A DNA stretch of 64,000 nucleotides from Acidobacteriota bacterium (GTDB lineage Bacteria; Acidobacteriota; CAIWXX01). Below are positions 19,793 through 29,516 of the stretch, in pieces. Under the pieces are notes generated by a model that made no database searches, was not told where the DNA came from, and saw nothing but the letters and a program-made list of their open reading frames with translations. Position numbers and translations under genes: made by a program. The stretch spans positions 1 to 64,000 of the forward strand of contig JBFMAF010000003.1 of assembly GCA_040755995.1 (NCBI GenBank), given 5' to 3'. The stretch's first letter is position 1, and every line of letters begins with the position of its first letter.

Positions 19793-20012
19793 GTCTGACT
19801 CCCCTCTGAACATAGCTCAGCGATCAGAGTAGAAGCCGGTGCGCATCGTAGGAACGCCGTGATGGATGTACGAAGTCAGGAGCTGTCTGGAGCGAGGTGT
19901 GTCTCGCCATCTCGCACTCTGATCGGGAGTCTATTCCCGCGATCTACGAGCCGTCAAGTTGCACGCAGACACGCTCGCGCGTGGCCAGTAGTCGCACGAC
20001 GGACCCGGCTGT

Positions 20013-20075
20013 ACAGCGCGTAATAAGTCGACAACAGATTCAAGGAGTATACTCAGTGTGTGACGCGCTGTATGG
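20013..20075. repeat. 63-bp inverted-repeat element, copy A
   Basis: TACAGCGCGT...ACGCGCTGTA arms; 48/63 identical to reverse complement of 33525-33587. Confidence 0.8.
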
Positions 20076-20124
20076 TGAACCGGCGCATCCTGACTGATCG
20101 GAGCCGGTCGCGCACTCGACGGTG

Positions 20125-20958
20125 TCAGGGGTGGAGGTCCTCGAGCCACCGCCGCGCCTCCTCGGGCGCCGGCGGCATAAGGCGCAGGTAGGAGGCGACG
20201 TGAATCCTGGCTCGTTCGCGGTCCTCCGGTCTGCGGGTCTTCTGGTACAGCCTGTAGCTTAGTTTCGCTCGCATCGAGAGGGTGTAGAGCGACTCCTCGG
20301 CCCCAAGCGCCTCGATGCGAATGGCCTCCCACGCGTCCAGCCCCGCGCGCAGCGACTCTTCGTCCAGCATGTCGAAGCTCGCTCCGGCGTCATTCAGCAC
20401 TCGTTCGTAGTAGGCCGCGGCAGCCGCCAGGCTGCTCCCCGCGAACCTCGACTGGACCTCGACAAAAAGCTCCCTCGCTCGCGCCAGGTCGCCGTTCCTG
20501 TAGAGCTCGATGCCGCGGTAGTAGAGGGTCCGCGCATCGGCCTCGTCGGCAGACGAGAGCTCGATGAAGGGTTGCTCGGGGTGCGATTTCACGAGCGGCG
20601 CGGCAACGGGTGCCATTGTGGGACCAGCAGTCTTGCTGTGCCAGACAGCCAGTCCCACGGCGCCGGCCACGAGTGATGCAGCGGCGGCTGTCGCCCACCA
20701 GTAGACGTGAGGTGTACCGGGCGTTTCACGCCTGGCGCGGATGCGTGCCATGACGCTCCGCTCGAAGCTCCCGGTCCACTCGGGTTCACGTGGCTGACCC
20801 CATCGCCGAAGCGCAGCATCCGTTGCGGCCAGCTCGGCGAGCTTCTCGGAGCACCGCGTGCAGGCCCGCAGGTGGCCGCCACACTGCCGCCACTGGGTCT
20901 CCGTGACGTAGCCGTCATGGTAGGCCAGCAGCATGCGTTCGAAATCGCGGCAGCTCAC
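20125..20958 (-). CDS. Zinc-finger (zf-HC2) anti-sigma factor with TM and TPR-like domain
   Basis: SC...YHDG...HLRACTRC, one TM helix, LYYRGIELYRNGDLARA. Confidence 0.8.
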   Translation of the reverse strand: MSCRDFERMLLAYHDGYVTETQWRQCGGHLRACTRCSEKLAELAATDAALRRWGQPREPEWTGSFERSVMARIRARRETPGTPHVYWWATAAAASLVAGAVGLAVWHSKTAGPTMAPVAAPLVKSHPEQPFIELSSADEADARTLYYRGIELYRNGDLARARELFVEVQSRFAGSSLAAAAAYYERVLNDAGASFDMLDEESLRAGLDAWEAIRIEALGAEESLYTLSMRAKLSYRLYQKTRRPEDRERARIHVASYLRLMPPAPEEARRWLEDLHP

Positions 20959-21178
20959 CGACCGCTCCCCGTTCTCGGCGGCTGTGCCGCGTGGGCGGCG
21001 TGTTCGTCCAAACAACACTGGCAGAGCCCTCCTCAGCCCTCCTCAGGCTTCCACAACAGAAGTACCGCTGGCGGGCCGAGGTTATTCCACGCCGCCGCCA
21101 GAGGCGGCGATCATCGCCTGTATGTCCCTGAGCGCCAACAGGTTGGCAGCGAATGGGGTATGAGAGCAGCTGCCGGCT

Positions 21179-21448
21179 TCAGGCGACCAGCGCCTTCTCA
21201 CGCAGGTAGTCGCGGCCTGCCTTTGTGATCTTCACCCATGTCGAGATCTGGGATGGGTCCATAGGGGTAGCGGTTTTCACGAAGCCGCTCTCCAGCAGGC
21301 ACTGGATAACCTCCTGCACATCCGAAGCGTCGATGCCTGTCTTGACGGAGATATCCTCGACAAGCATGGATCGGGATGCGCTTTCCATGCGAACCGCGTA
21401 GAGAACTCGGAGCACCTTCTCCTTCCCGCTGAGTGGTTGTCGAAACAT
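21179..21448 (-). CDS. Small winged-helix protein
   Basis: 89 aa, VEDISVKTGIDASDVQEVIQCLLESGFV...KITKAGRDYL; GGAG RBS. Confidence 0.65.
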   Translation of the reverse strand: MFRQPLSGKEKVLRVLYAVRMESASRSMLVEDISVKTGIDASDVQEVIQCLLESGFVKTATPMDPSQISTWVKITKAGRDYLREKALVA

Positions 21449-21453
21449 GGTCC

Positions 21454-21870
21454 TTACTCCCCCATGATCTGGCAGACAATCTCGCGCCGCCTTGGGCGGT
21501 TGTCGAAATCCATGAAGACGATCTGCTGCCACGTGCCGAGATGCAGCTTGCCGGAAGAGAATGGGACCGTAAGAGACGGCCCCAAGAGACACGCACGCAG
21601 ATGGGAAAACCCGTTTGCATCACCCCATGCGGCGTCGTGGTGATAGGGGTGGCCCTGAGGGACGAGGCGCTGAAGGAGCTCATCCAGATCCTTCAGAGCG
21701 CCCTCCTCGAATTCGATGGTCGAGAGCCCGGCGGTGGAACCTGGGACGAAGAGCGTGACCGTCCCGTCCTTGAGCCCGCAGTTCTGGACGATTGCAGACA
21801 CCTGGCTCGTAAGATTGATGAAATGATTGTTACCGTTCGACTGGAGCTTGAGATATTCCGTGAGCACCAT
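21454..21870 (-). CDS. yjbQ: YjbQ/UPF0047 family protein
   Basis: FVPGSTAG, YHHD, NGFSHLRA, LGTWQQIVFMDFD. Confidence 0.9.
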   Translation of the reverse strand: MVLTEYLKLQSNGNNHFINLTSQVSAIVQNCGLKDGTVTLFVPGSTAGLSTIEFEEGALKDLDELLQRLVPQGHPYHHDAAWGDANGFSHLRACLLGPSLTVPFSSGKLHLGTWQQIVFMDFDNRPRRREIVCQIMGE

Positions 21871-21954
21871 GAATCACCTGAGCTAAATATCGCCCGCGGC
21901 GTGACCATTGTCAATATGACGGTCGCGTGAGTGCGGGGAATCCGCAGGCGAGAC

Positions 21955-22515
21955 TCAGACCTTCGGCGGGGTAACTCCCTGTTGGCCCTGGTACTTGCCG
22001 CCGCGGTCGGCGTACGAGATCGAACATGGATCGCATTCGAAGAACAGCGCCTGGGCGATCCCCTCGCCGGCGTATATCTTGATCGGAACCACGGAGAGGT
22101 TGCCCAACGCGATCGTGATGTGGCCCTCCCAGCCGGCCTCCAGCGGCGTCACGTTGACGAGCAATCCGGAGCGCGCATAGGTGGACTTGCCCTGGACAAT
22201 CGCCAGCACGTTCCTTGGAATCCTGAAAAACTCCAGACTGCGCGCGAGGATGTAAGAACCCGCGGGGACCAGGAAGCTCTCGCCTCTGTATCGAATGAAG
22301 TCGGCCAGGACCAGGGTCTTTGGATCACTCACCACAAGCCCGCCCGACTCACTCGACTCCTGCCTCGTGTAGAACTCGTCGGCGAGGCGCAGATCGTAGC
22401 CGTACGAGGAAAGCCCGTAGCTGATACAGCCATCTCGTACCAGGCGCTCCTCAAAGGGCTCGATCATCCGCTCGTCCAGAGCTTTCTGCTTGATCCAGGA
22501 ATCCGGTTTGAGCAT
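21955..22515 (-). CDS. dcd: dCTP deaminase
   Basis: ISYGLSSYGYDLRL, GKSTYARSG, TPLEAGWEG, KYQGQQGVT. Confidence 0.95.
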   Translation of the reverse strand: MLKPDSWIKQKALDERMIEPFEERLVRDGCISYGLSSYGYDLRLADEFYTRQESSESGGLVVSDPKTLVLADFIRYRGESFLVPAGSYILARSLEFFRIPRNVLAIVQGKSTYARSGLLVNVTPLEAGWEGHITIALGNLSVVPIKIYAGEGIAQALFFECDPCSISYADRGGKYQGQQGVTPPKV

Positions 22516-22585
22516 CCGGGTTATTCTAGCACAGTCCTCGCGCAGAATCGGCAACCTCCTGATATGATTCGAGCGGGGAGGCAGC

Positions 22586-23383
22586 ATGAGCACGGATTTC
22601 AGAGAACACAGACTCCTGGGACGCACGGGCTTGAAGGTCAGCCGGCTTGGCATCGCATCCGGCTACGGCGTGCCCGCCGCCGCCGTCGAGAAGGCCTACC
22701 ACGTTGGCGGCATCAACTACTTCTACTGGGGTTCGCGGCGGACCGATGCGATGCGCGACGTGCTTCGCCGGTTGGCGAAGAGCGATCGAGACAGGATCGT
22801 CATCGCATTGCAGTCTTACGACCACCACGGCGCGTTCCTCGCGCACTTCTTCGAGAAGGGCCTTCGTGAGCTGGGCACCGAGTACGCCGACGTGCTGATA
22901 CTCGGCTACCACAATCGGCTTCCGCGACGCCGGGTCATCGACCGGGCGATGCGGCTCAAGAGCGAGGGGAAGCTGCGATTCCTCGCCCTCTCCGGCCACA
23001 ATCGCCCGTTCTTCCGGAAGCTCGCGGGGCAGGCGGACTCGCCTGTAGACGTCTTCATGATCCGCTACAACGCCGCGCATCGCGGAGCCGAGGAGGAGAT
23101 CTTCCCGTTCCTGCCCGCGGAGAACCGCCCGGGCATAACGACCTACACTGCGACTCGTTGGGGGCGCCTGCTCAAAGTCCGCCGAATGCCACCCGGCGAA
23201 GAGCCGCTCAGCGGGTCCGACTGCTACCGGTTCGCCCTCTCGAACCCCAATGTCGACCTCTGCATGGCGGGTCCGTCGAGCCTTCAGCAGATGGACGAAG
23301 CGCTGCGAACGCTCGACCTTGGCCCCCTGTCGCCCGAAGATATGGCGCGGGCCCGGCGCATCGGGGACTTCGTACACGGATAG
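22586..23383 (+). CDS. Aldo/keto reductase family protein
   Basis: LGRTGLKVSRLG, LGTEYADVL, GKLRFLALSGH, FALSNPNVD. Confidence 0.85.
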   Translation: MSTDFREHRLLGRTGLKVSRLGIASGYGVPAAAVEKAYHVGGINYFYWGSRRTDAMRDVLRRLAKSDRDRIVIALQSYDHHGAFLAHFFEKGLRELGTEYADVLILGYHNRLPRRRVIDRAMRLKSEGKLRFLALSGHNRPFFRKLAGQADSPVDVFMIRYNAAHRGAEEEIFPFLPAENRPGITTYTATRWGRLLKVRRMPPGEEPLSGSDCYRFALSNPNVDLCMAGPSSLQQMDEALRTLDLGPLSPEDMARARRIGDFVHG

Positions 23384-23532
23384 AAGGCACGGGGCCGGAG
23401 CCCGACCATCGCACGCGATACTACAACTGTAAGAAAACCCTCTTGACTCGGTTCCATGCGGAGGGCTACTATTCGGAGGGAGTTCCCCAGTGCCGACCAG
23501 TCCACGCACGGTTCCAGAGGTAGAATGACAGG

Positions 23533-24843
23533 ATGAGAGGCCGTGACCGGGTTACGCGAGGACGCGGAGCGCTCCTCGATGCGCCCCGTCGCACGCGGCC
23601 GGCGCAGGCGCTGCTGGTGCTGCTGCAGGCACTGGTTGCTTCGGGCGCGACGGCAACCTCATCGGAGCGACCCCAGGTCACCAACGTACGCTACTTCGTC
23701 GGGCAAGGATACACGCGGGTAGTGGTTGACCTGACCGCCAAGACGGAATACGCGGTCGGAAGGGTGGACGAACCGGGCAGAATCCGGATCTTCTTCGACG
23801 TGGCCGAGGCCACGCTCACGAAGGAGCTCGCGAACCGCAGCATGCCGCTGGAGGCTGGGCTCTTGAAGCAGATCCGGGTGGGGCAACATGATCCCAAGAC
23901 GGTACGCGTGGTCCTCGACTTCACCGAGGAGACCACGATGTCGTCTTTCATGATCGCGAGCCCATACAGGATAGTCATCGACGTGCTCGGCACCGGCACA
24001 CCGGCTTCACCTCAGGCGGGTGCCGCGTCCTCCCCGACCGTCGCGCTTCCGGTGCCGGAGCCCGTGAGACCCGTCGCGCCGCCCTCGGCCAACTCCAACG
24101 GCACCTACTCGATGGCGCGGCAGCTCGGGCTGGGCGTGCGGGTAGTTGTCGTCGACGCCGGCCACGGCGGCACCGACCCGGGATGCATAGGACGGTCCGG
24201 TACGCAGGAGAAGACGGTGACGCTCGATATCGCGAAGCGGCTGAAGCCGTTGTTGGAGCAGCAGGTGGGCTGCCGGGTGGTCCTCACGAGAGACGAGGAC
24301 CGATTCGTGCCGCTGGAGGAGCGGACGGCGATTGCCAACACTCTCAAGGCCGACCTGTTTCTCTCTATACACGTCAACAGCTCCAGGCGGACTACGACGT
24401 ACGGGACAGAGACTTACTTCCTCAATTTCGCGACTGACGAACGAGCGATGGAAGTGGCGGCGAGGGAGAATGCGATGTCCACGAAGAGCATGAGTGAGCT
24501 GCAGACGCTGGTCCAGAGAATCGCGCTCAACAGCAAGATTGACGAAAGCCGCGAGGTTGCCGGGATTATCCAGCGCAACCTCGTGACCAGGATGCTGCGC
24601 TACAACTCGAAGGCGAAGAACCTCGGCGTCAAGCAGGCGCCGTTCTACGTGCTGATCGGAGCGCAGATGCCGTCGGTGCTCGTAGAGACGAATTTCATGA
24701 GCCAGAGCGCCGAGGAGAAGCTGCTGCGCAGCACGACTTACCGCCTGCACGTGGCCGAGGCGCTGCTGGCCGGGATCAAGGAATACATGGGGACGTTGAG
24801 CAAGGCCGTCGCACCCGCGGCGGCCGCCCCGTCGGCAAGATAG
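23533..24843 (+). CDS. N-acetylmuramoyl-L-alanine amidase (AMIN + Amidase_3)
   Basis: TRVVVDL AMIN repeats, DAGHGG, EK, SIHVNS, FYVLIGAQMPSVLVET. Confidence 0.92.
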   Translation: MRGRDRVTRGRGALLDAPRRTRPAQALLVLLQALVASGATATSSERPQVTNVRYFVGQGYTRVVVDLTAKTEYAVGRVDEPGRIRIFFDVAEATLTKELANRSMPLEAGLLKQIRVGQHDPKTVRVVLDFTEETTMSSFMIASPYRIVIDVLGTGTPASPQAGAASSPTVALPVPEPVRPVAPPSANSNGTYSMARQLGLGVRVVVVDAGHGGTDPGCIGRSGTQEKTVTLDIAKRLKPLLEQQVGCRVVLTRDEDRFVPLEERTAIANTLKADLFLSIHVNSSRRTTTYGTETYFLNFATDERAMEVAARENAMSTKSMSELQTLVQRIALNSKIDESREVAGIIQRNLVTRMLRYNSKAKNLGVKQAPFYVLIGAQMPSVLVETNFMSQSAEEKLLRSTTYRLHVAEALLAGIKEYMGTLSKAVAPAAAAPSAR

Positions 24844-24894
24844 GAGCTACGGCGATGCATCGACTCTCGACCTACGCCGCCAGGCAGGACGGCC

Positions 24895-26391
24895 ATGCCG
24901 GAAACCGCTGAGACTCAACTGACGCTCGACAACCTGCTGCGCGGCATGGCCGAGCTCAAGGCGTCGGACATACATCTCAAAGTCACTCGACCTCCGCTGG
25001 TGCGGCTCCGCGGGGAGCTTGTGCCGATGCCCGGGATGGAAGGAAGGCGATTCGCCGAGAACGAGATTCGCGGCATGCTGGAGGCGATCATGAATCCGCG
25101 CCAGCGCGAATGCCTGCAGGAGAACATGTCGGTCGACCTCGCAGTGAGCATCAAAGGCGTCTCGCGATTCCGCATCAACGCGTTCCACCAGCGCGGGAGT
25201 CTCGAAGCGGTGTTCCGGTACATTCCGCACCAGATCGGGGGCCTGGAGGATTGGGAGCTGCCGGATGTGTTGCTGGATCTGGCCAGGAAGAACCAGGGGC
25301 TCGTGCTCGTGACGGGCCCTGCCGGCACCGGCAAGTCCACTACACTCGCGGCGCTGCTCAAGGAAGTCAACGACACGCGGAACATGCACATAGTGACGAT
25401 CGAGGACCCGATCGAGTTTCTGTTCAGAGACGTGAAGTCGTCGGTGAGCCAGCGGGAGATCGGCACTGACACTCCGTCTTTCGCCCGCGCCCTGCGCGAC
25501 GTGCTGCGACAGGATCCCGACCTCATCATGGTGGGCGAGATGCGCGATCTCGAGACGATGGAGACCGTCTTGACCGCCGCCGAGACCGGCCACCTGGTGT
25601 ACAGCACGCTCCACACCAACTCCGCCGCGCAGACGCTCGATCGCATCCTGGACATGTTCCCGCAAGACAAGCACAAGCAGGTGCAGACGCAGCTGGCCGA
25701 AGTTCTCGTGGCCATCGTCTCGCTCCAGCTGGTGAAGAGCCGATCGAGGTTCGGGAGGTCCGCGGCAGTCGAGATCATGTTCAACTCGCCCAAGATCCAG
25801 CGGATGATACGTGAGGGGGAGCTGAAGGAGCTGAAGGAGGAGATCGAGAACTCGGTCTCTTACTACAAGATGCAGTCGATGAACCAGTCGCTCATAGCGC
25901 TTCTAGTCAACGGTCTGATCAGCAAAGAGGAAGCCATCGCATGCTCGCCGTCGCCCGATGAGTTCGAGCTGCTGGTGCAGAAGCTCGTGGGCGAGCTTCT
26001 TGGAGCAGGCAAAACGTCATGGGGAGGAGAGGAAGTGAAAGAGTCGCCGGCCGACTATTCGAAGATAGAGGAGCTGAAAGAGCTCAAGAAGATGTACTCC
26101 GAGTCCACAGCGACGCACCAGGATCGTCTGGAGGAGAAGGACCAACAGCTCCGGTCCATCGAACTACGGCTGCGGCAGACCGAGGAGGAGATGCGGAAGC
26201 GGACGGAAGGATTTGCCGCGGCGAGCAAGAAGCTGGAGGTGCTGGAGCGCGAGGTGGCGTTCAAGAACCAGGAGAAGCAGAGGTTGGTGGACATGCTCCA
26301 GCAGAAGGACAAGCGGATTCAGGAGCTCTCGACCGAGCTCGAAGAGGCACGCAAGTCCGGGTTCGGGAAGCTCTTCGGTAAGAAGCCGTAG
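24895..26391 (+). CDS. pilT: PilT/PilU retraction ATPase with C-terminal coiled coil
   Basis: GPAGTGKSTT, TIEDPIE, LRQDPD, GEMRD, AAETGHLV, STLHT. Confidence 0.88.
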   Translation: MPETAETQLTLDNLLRGMAELKASDIHLKVTRPPLVRLRGELVPMPGMEGRRFAENEIRGMLEAIMNPRQRECLQENMSVDLAVSIKGVSRFRINAFHQRGSLEAVFRYIPHQIGGLEDWELPDVLLDLARKNQGLVLVTGPAGTGKSTTLAALLKEVNDTRNMHIVTIEDPIEFLFRDVKSSVSQREIGTDTPSFARALRDVLRQDPDLIMVGEMRDLETMETVLTAAETGHLVYSTLHTNSAAQTLDRILDMFPQDKHKQVQTQLAEVLVAIVSLQLVKSRSRFGRSAAVEIMFNSPKIQRMIREGELKELKEEIENSVSYYKMQSMNQSLIALLVNGLISKEEAIACSPSPDEFELLVQKLVGELLGAGKTSWGGEEVKESPADYSKIEELKELKKMYSESTATHQDRLEEKDQQLRSIELRLRQTEEEMRKRTEGFAAASKKLEVLEREVAFKNQEKQRLVDMLQQKDKRIQELSTELEEARKSGFGKLFGKKP

Positions 26392-26477
26392 ATCGGACTT
26401 TGCGCCTCGCCCACCGGCAATTGGCGTCGCAGGGCGGCTCTAACGCGCGCGGCCCCAGTTCTGCTACACTGTGCGCC

Positions 26478-28355
26478 GTGCTCAGATACGCCAGGTTGCT
26501 GCTTCCACTCGGCGTTTTCGTCTTCTATTTGTGCTTCACATCGTTCGATCTCGGCTGGAGTGACAACTACGGATACGTCTCGCTGGCGCTCCGAATGGCC
26601 GACCTGCACTTCGCTGAACCTGAGACCACTCTCGAGTCGCTCGGGCTCCACGGCGACGGTGCGATCACGACACCTCTGGCATACAATTGGGTCGACGGGC
26701 GATCGGTCCCGCTGTATCCTCTCGGGGCGCCTGCGCTGATGGTCCCGCTGGTCTGGATGCTCGGCTCCAAGGGCCCCTTCGTTCTACCTCCGCTCATGGG
26801 TGCGCTGTGCCTGGTGGTGCTGTACAGGCTCGGCAAGGAGATCTCGGGGCGGGCGGCGGGATATGCCGCGGCTGTGCTCGCTTTTCTATCGCCGCCGCTC
26901 GTCAGCTTCTCCACAATCGCCATGAGCGACGTGGTCGCCAGCTTCTTCATCTGCCTCGCGACGCTCTTCCTTCTGCTGTCCAGGCGCCGAATCGCGTTCG
27001 CAGCCTATGCGGGCCTTTGTCTCGGCGCAGCGCTGCTGACGCGGCCCAACATGGCGCTCTTCGCGGTGCCGGCCGGGTTGTTCTTCCTCGCCGAGCGTCG
27101 TTTGAAGGCGGCCGTGTGGTTCGCCGCGGGGGTGTTGCCCGCGATCGTTCTGCAACTCACAGTCAACCGCGCATACTACGGCGGATGGCTAAGTACTGGT
27201 TACGGAGCTCATACCGGAGTGTTCACAGCAGCTCACTTCTGGACGATCCTGAGTGCCTATCTCGGGTGGCTCGTGCAGTTCGGGGTCGTATTCCAACTGC
27301 CGTTCATCCTCTGGGCACTCTGGGACCGGCGGGTATCGCGAGGGCTCAAGTGGCTGGCTGTGAGCTGGTTCGTGGTGCTCCTGTCGTTTTTCTGCTTCTA
27401 TCCGTTCTGGTATCACTGGCTACTGTCCCGGTACGTGCTGCCTGCGTTGCTGCTGGCCCATCTTCTTGCGGGGTATGGAACGGTGGAGGCCGCTCGAGCC
27501 TGCTCGAGCAGATGGCTTGCACGCACCGCGGCGCCCACGCTGGCCGGGCTGTGCGCCCTCTACGCCGGCCTCTTCCTGTACGGCGAGAACATGCACCGTG
27601 TCCATCTGGCCTGGGCGAAGGTGGCGGATATGGCCCAGGGGGTTCACGACGTCGTCGATGATCGGTCTCTCGTCTTCGCATATTCCCACAGCGGCACCCT
27701 TCGCTACTACCAGGGCATCAAGACTGCGAATCTCAACAACGACGCGCCGGAGTGCGAGAAGGTCATCACCGACTGCCACGTTCACGGGATCGCCGTCTAC
27801 GCCTTGTTGGACACTGAGCCCGACGAATGGGCCTTGTTCGATCGCCTGCCCTCAAGACGCTTCGCCGTCGAGATCGCCCGGCCACAGGAGAAGCATCTTT
27901 TCCGTGTCTTCAGCGACGAAGCCGAGGTCGAGAGTTACTTGAGGACTGGGGCGAAGATGCACATCGAGATGCGTTCCGTCAGGCCGCTGCCCAGCTGGGT
28001 GGGGAGGGGCTGGGATCGAAAACAGGACCCCGACGGACGCTACATGCACTCGAAAGGCCCGAACTCCTCCTTACTCCTCCTGATCCGGCAGCCCTACCGA
28101 TTCCGCCTCAAGGTGCGCCTGCGACCTCTGTCGCTGCCCCAAGGCTCTACGGCGTTCGTCGATCTCTTCTTCAACGGCGCCAAGATCGGATCGGGCGCGG
28201 TGACAGCCGGCTGGTCGGTGATTGAGGGGCAGACACCGGCGGCTGTCGTCGGCAGCAACACGCTCGAGCTGAATTACCGGCTGGCAGGCGATCCGCGGCG
28301 ATCGTTCTTCGCAGTGCTGGCTGACTGCATCGATCTCGAGCCGATCGACGAATGA
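26478..28355 (+). CDS. GT-C (ArnT/PMT-like) membrane glycosyltransferase with C-terminal beta domain
   Basis: SDNYGY, YPLG, MSDV, LTRP, RYVLP, many TM helices. Confidence 0.75.
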   Translation: MLRYARLLLPLGVFVFYLCFTSFDLGWSDNYGYVSLALRMADLHFAEPETTLESLGLHGDGAITTPLAYNWVDGRSVPLYPLGAPALMVPLVWMLGSKGPFVLPPLMGALCLVVLYRLGKEISGRAAGYAAAVLAFLSPPLVSFSTIAMSDVVASFFICLATLFLLLSRRRIAFAAYAGLCLGAALLTRPNMALFAVPAGLFFLAERRLKAAVWFAAGVLPAIVLQLTVNRAYYGGWLSTGYGAHTGVFTAAHFWTILSAYLGWLVQFGVVFQLPFILWALWDRRVSRGLKWLAVSWFVVLLSFFCFYPFWYHWLLSRYVLPALLLAHLLAGYGTVEAARACSSRWLARTAAPTLAGLCALYAGLFLYGENMHRVHLAWAKVADMAQGVHDVVDDRSLVFAYSHSGTLRYYQGIKTANLNNDAPECEKVITDCHVHGIAVYALLDTEPDEWALFDRLPSRRFAVEIARPQEKHLFRVFSDEAEVESYLRTGAKMHIEMRSVRPLPSWVGRGWDRKQDPDGRYMHSKGPNSSLLLLIRQPYRFRLKVRLRPLSLPQGSTAFVDLFFNGAKIGSGAVTAGWSVIEGQTPAAVVGSNTLELNYRLAGDPRRSFFAVLADCIDLEPIDE

Positions 28356-28771
28356 GCCTGCTCCGCAACCACGCAGCGGCGCTCGCGACCTTCACCGACC
28401 TCACCATCGTGTACACCCATCCGCTTTCGCTCTCGCCTGCGACCCTCACGGCTGACGGTGGGGTCGACCAGTATCTTACGAGCTGGATACTCGCGTGGGA
28501 TGCGCACGCCATTGCTGCAGACCCACTGAGGATCTTCGACGCGAACATTTTCTACCCGCACAGGAACACACTAGCCTTCTCCGAGAACCTCATCTCGACG
28601 GCGATCCTCGTGCTTCCCGCGGCGCGGCTGGGCGGTTCCGCCATGCTCGTGCAGAACCTCGCCGTACTGCTCTCCTTCGTGCTCGCCGCGTACGCGGCGT
28701 ACTTGCTCGCTCACGAGCTCGTTCGCTCCAGGGCGGCGGCACTCGTCGCGGGCTTCATCTTCGGATTCTGA
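28352..28771 (+). pseudogene. Truncated N-terminal fragment of a GT-C/YfhO-like protein
   Basis: WILAWDAH...FDANIFYPHRNTLAFSE...AALVAGFIFGF then stop at 139 aa; ATGA overlap with previous gene. Confidence 0.7.
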
Positions 28772-28786
28772 TACTGCGAGGTGACG

Positions 28787-29254
28787 ATGAATCAGATGTT
28801 CATGCGAGAAGCAATCCGGATCTCGATCGAGAAGATGCGACGCAATGAGGGCGGGCCGTTCGGTGCGGTAGTCGTAAGAGGGGGACGGGTGGTCGGACGG
28901 GGCTGGAACAGGGTCACGTCAAGCTGCGATCCGACCGCGCACGCGGAAGTCGTCGCCATCCGCGATGCGTGCAGGCGGCTCAAGCGGTTTCAGCTCGCCG
29001 ACTGCGACCTGTACACCAGCTGCGAACCATGCCCCATGTGCCTCGGGTCCGTCTACTGGGCGCGGATCAGATGCGTCTACTACGGCAACACGCGCAGGGA
29101 TGCCGCTCGCATCGGCTTCGATGACAGTCTGATCTACCACGAGATATCGCGGCCGCTATCGAAGCGCAAGATCCCGATGAAGCGGCTTCTGCACGAGGAG
29201 GCTCTGGTGGCATTCGACGAATGGGAGCGCAAACCCGACAAGGTGCCATATTGA
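28787..29254 (+). CDS. guaD: Guanine/nucleoside deaminase (cytidine-deaminase fold)
   Basis: GGPFGAVV, DPTAHAEV, SCEPCPMCL, IGFDD. Confidence 0.85.
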   Translation: MNQMFMREAIRISIEKMRRNEGGPFGAVVVRGGRVVGRGWNRVTSSCDPTAHAEVVAIRDACRRLKRFQLADCDLYTSCEPCPMCLGSVYWARIRCVYYGNTRRDAARIGFDDSLIYHEISRPLSKRKIPMKRLLHEEALVAFDEWERKPDKVPY

Positions 29255-29516
29255 GTCGGCGCGCCCGGAGATGTCGCCGTGGGATGAGGGGGCATCGAGG
29301 TCCCAGCCTGGATGGAGGGGCAGGCGCCCAGGCCCGCGGCGAGCTCGGACCGCACACGCCTTCGCTCATCCGCGCTCGGGCCACAGCCCGTTCCAGGTCG
29401 AAATCGGGAACGGGTACGCAGACGGCCTCAGGGCGAAGGATGCCGTCGGGCCTTTGCGCATCTTGACACCGCGAATGTTCCTCGGGGAGAATCGCCTTCA
29501 CATTGGAAGGTCAGAG

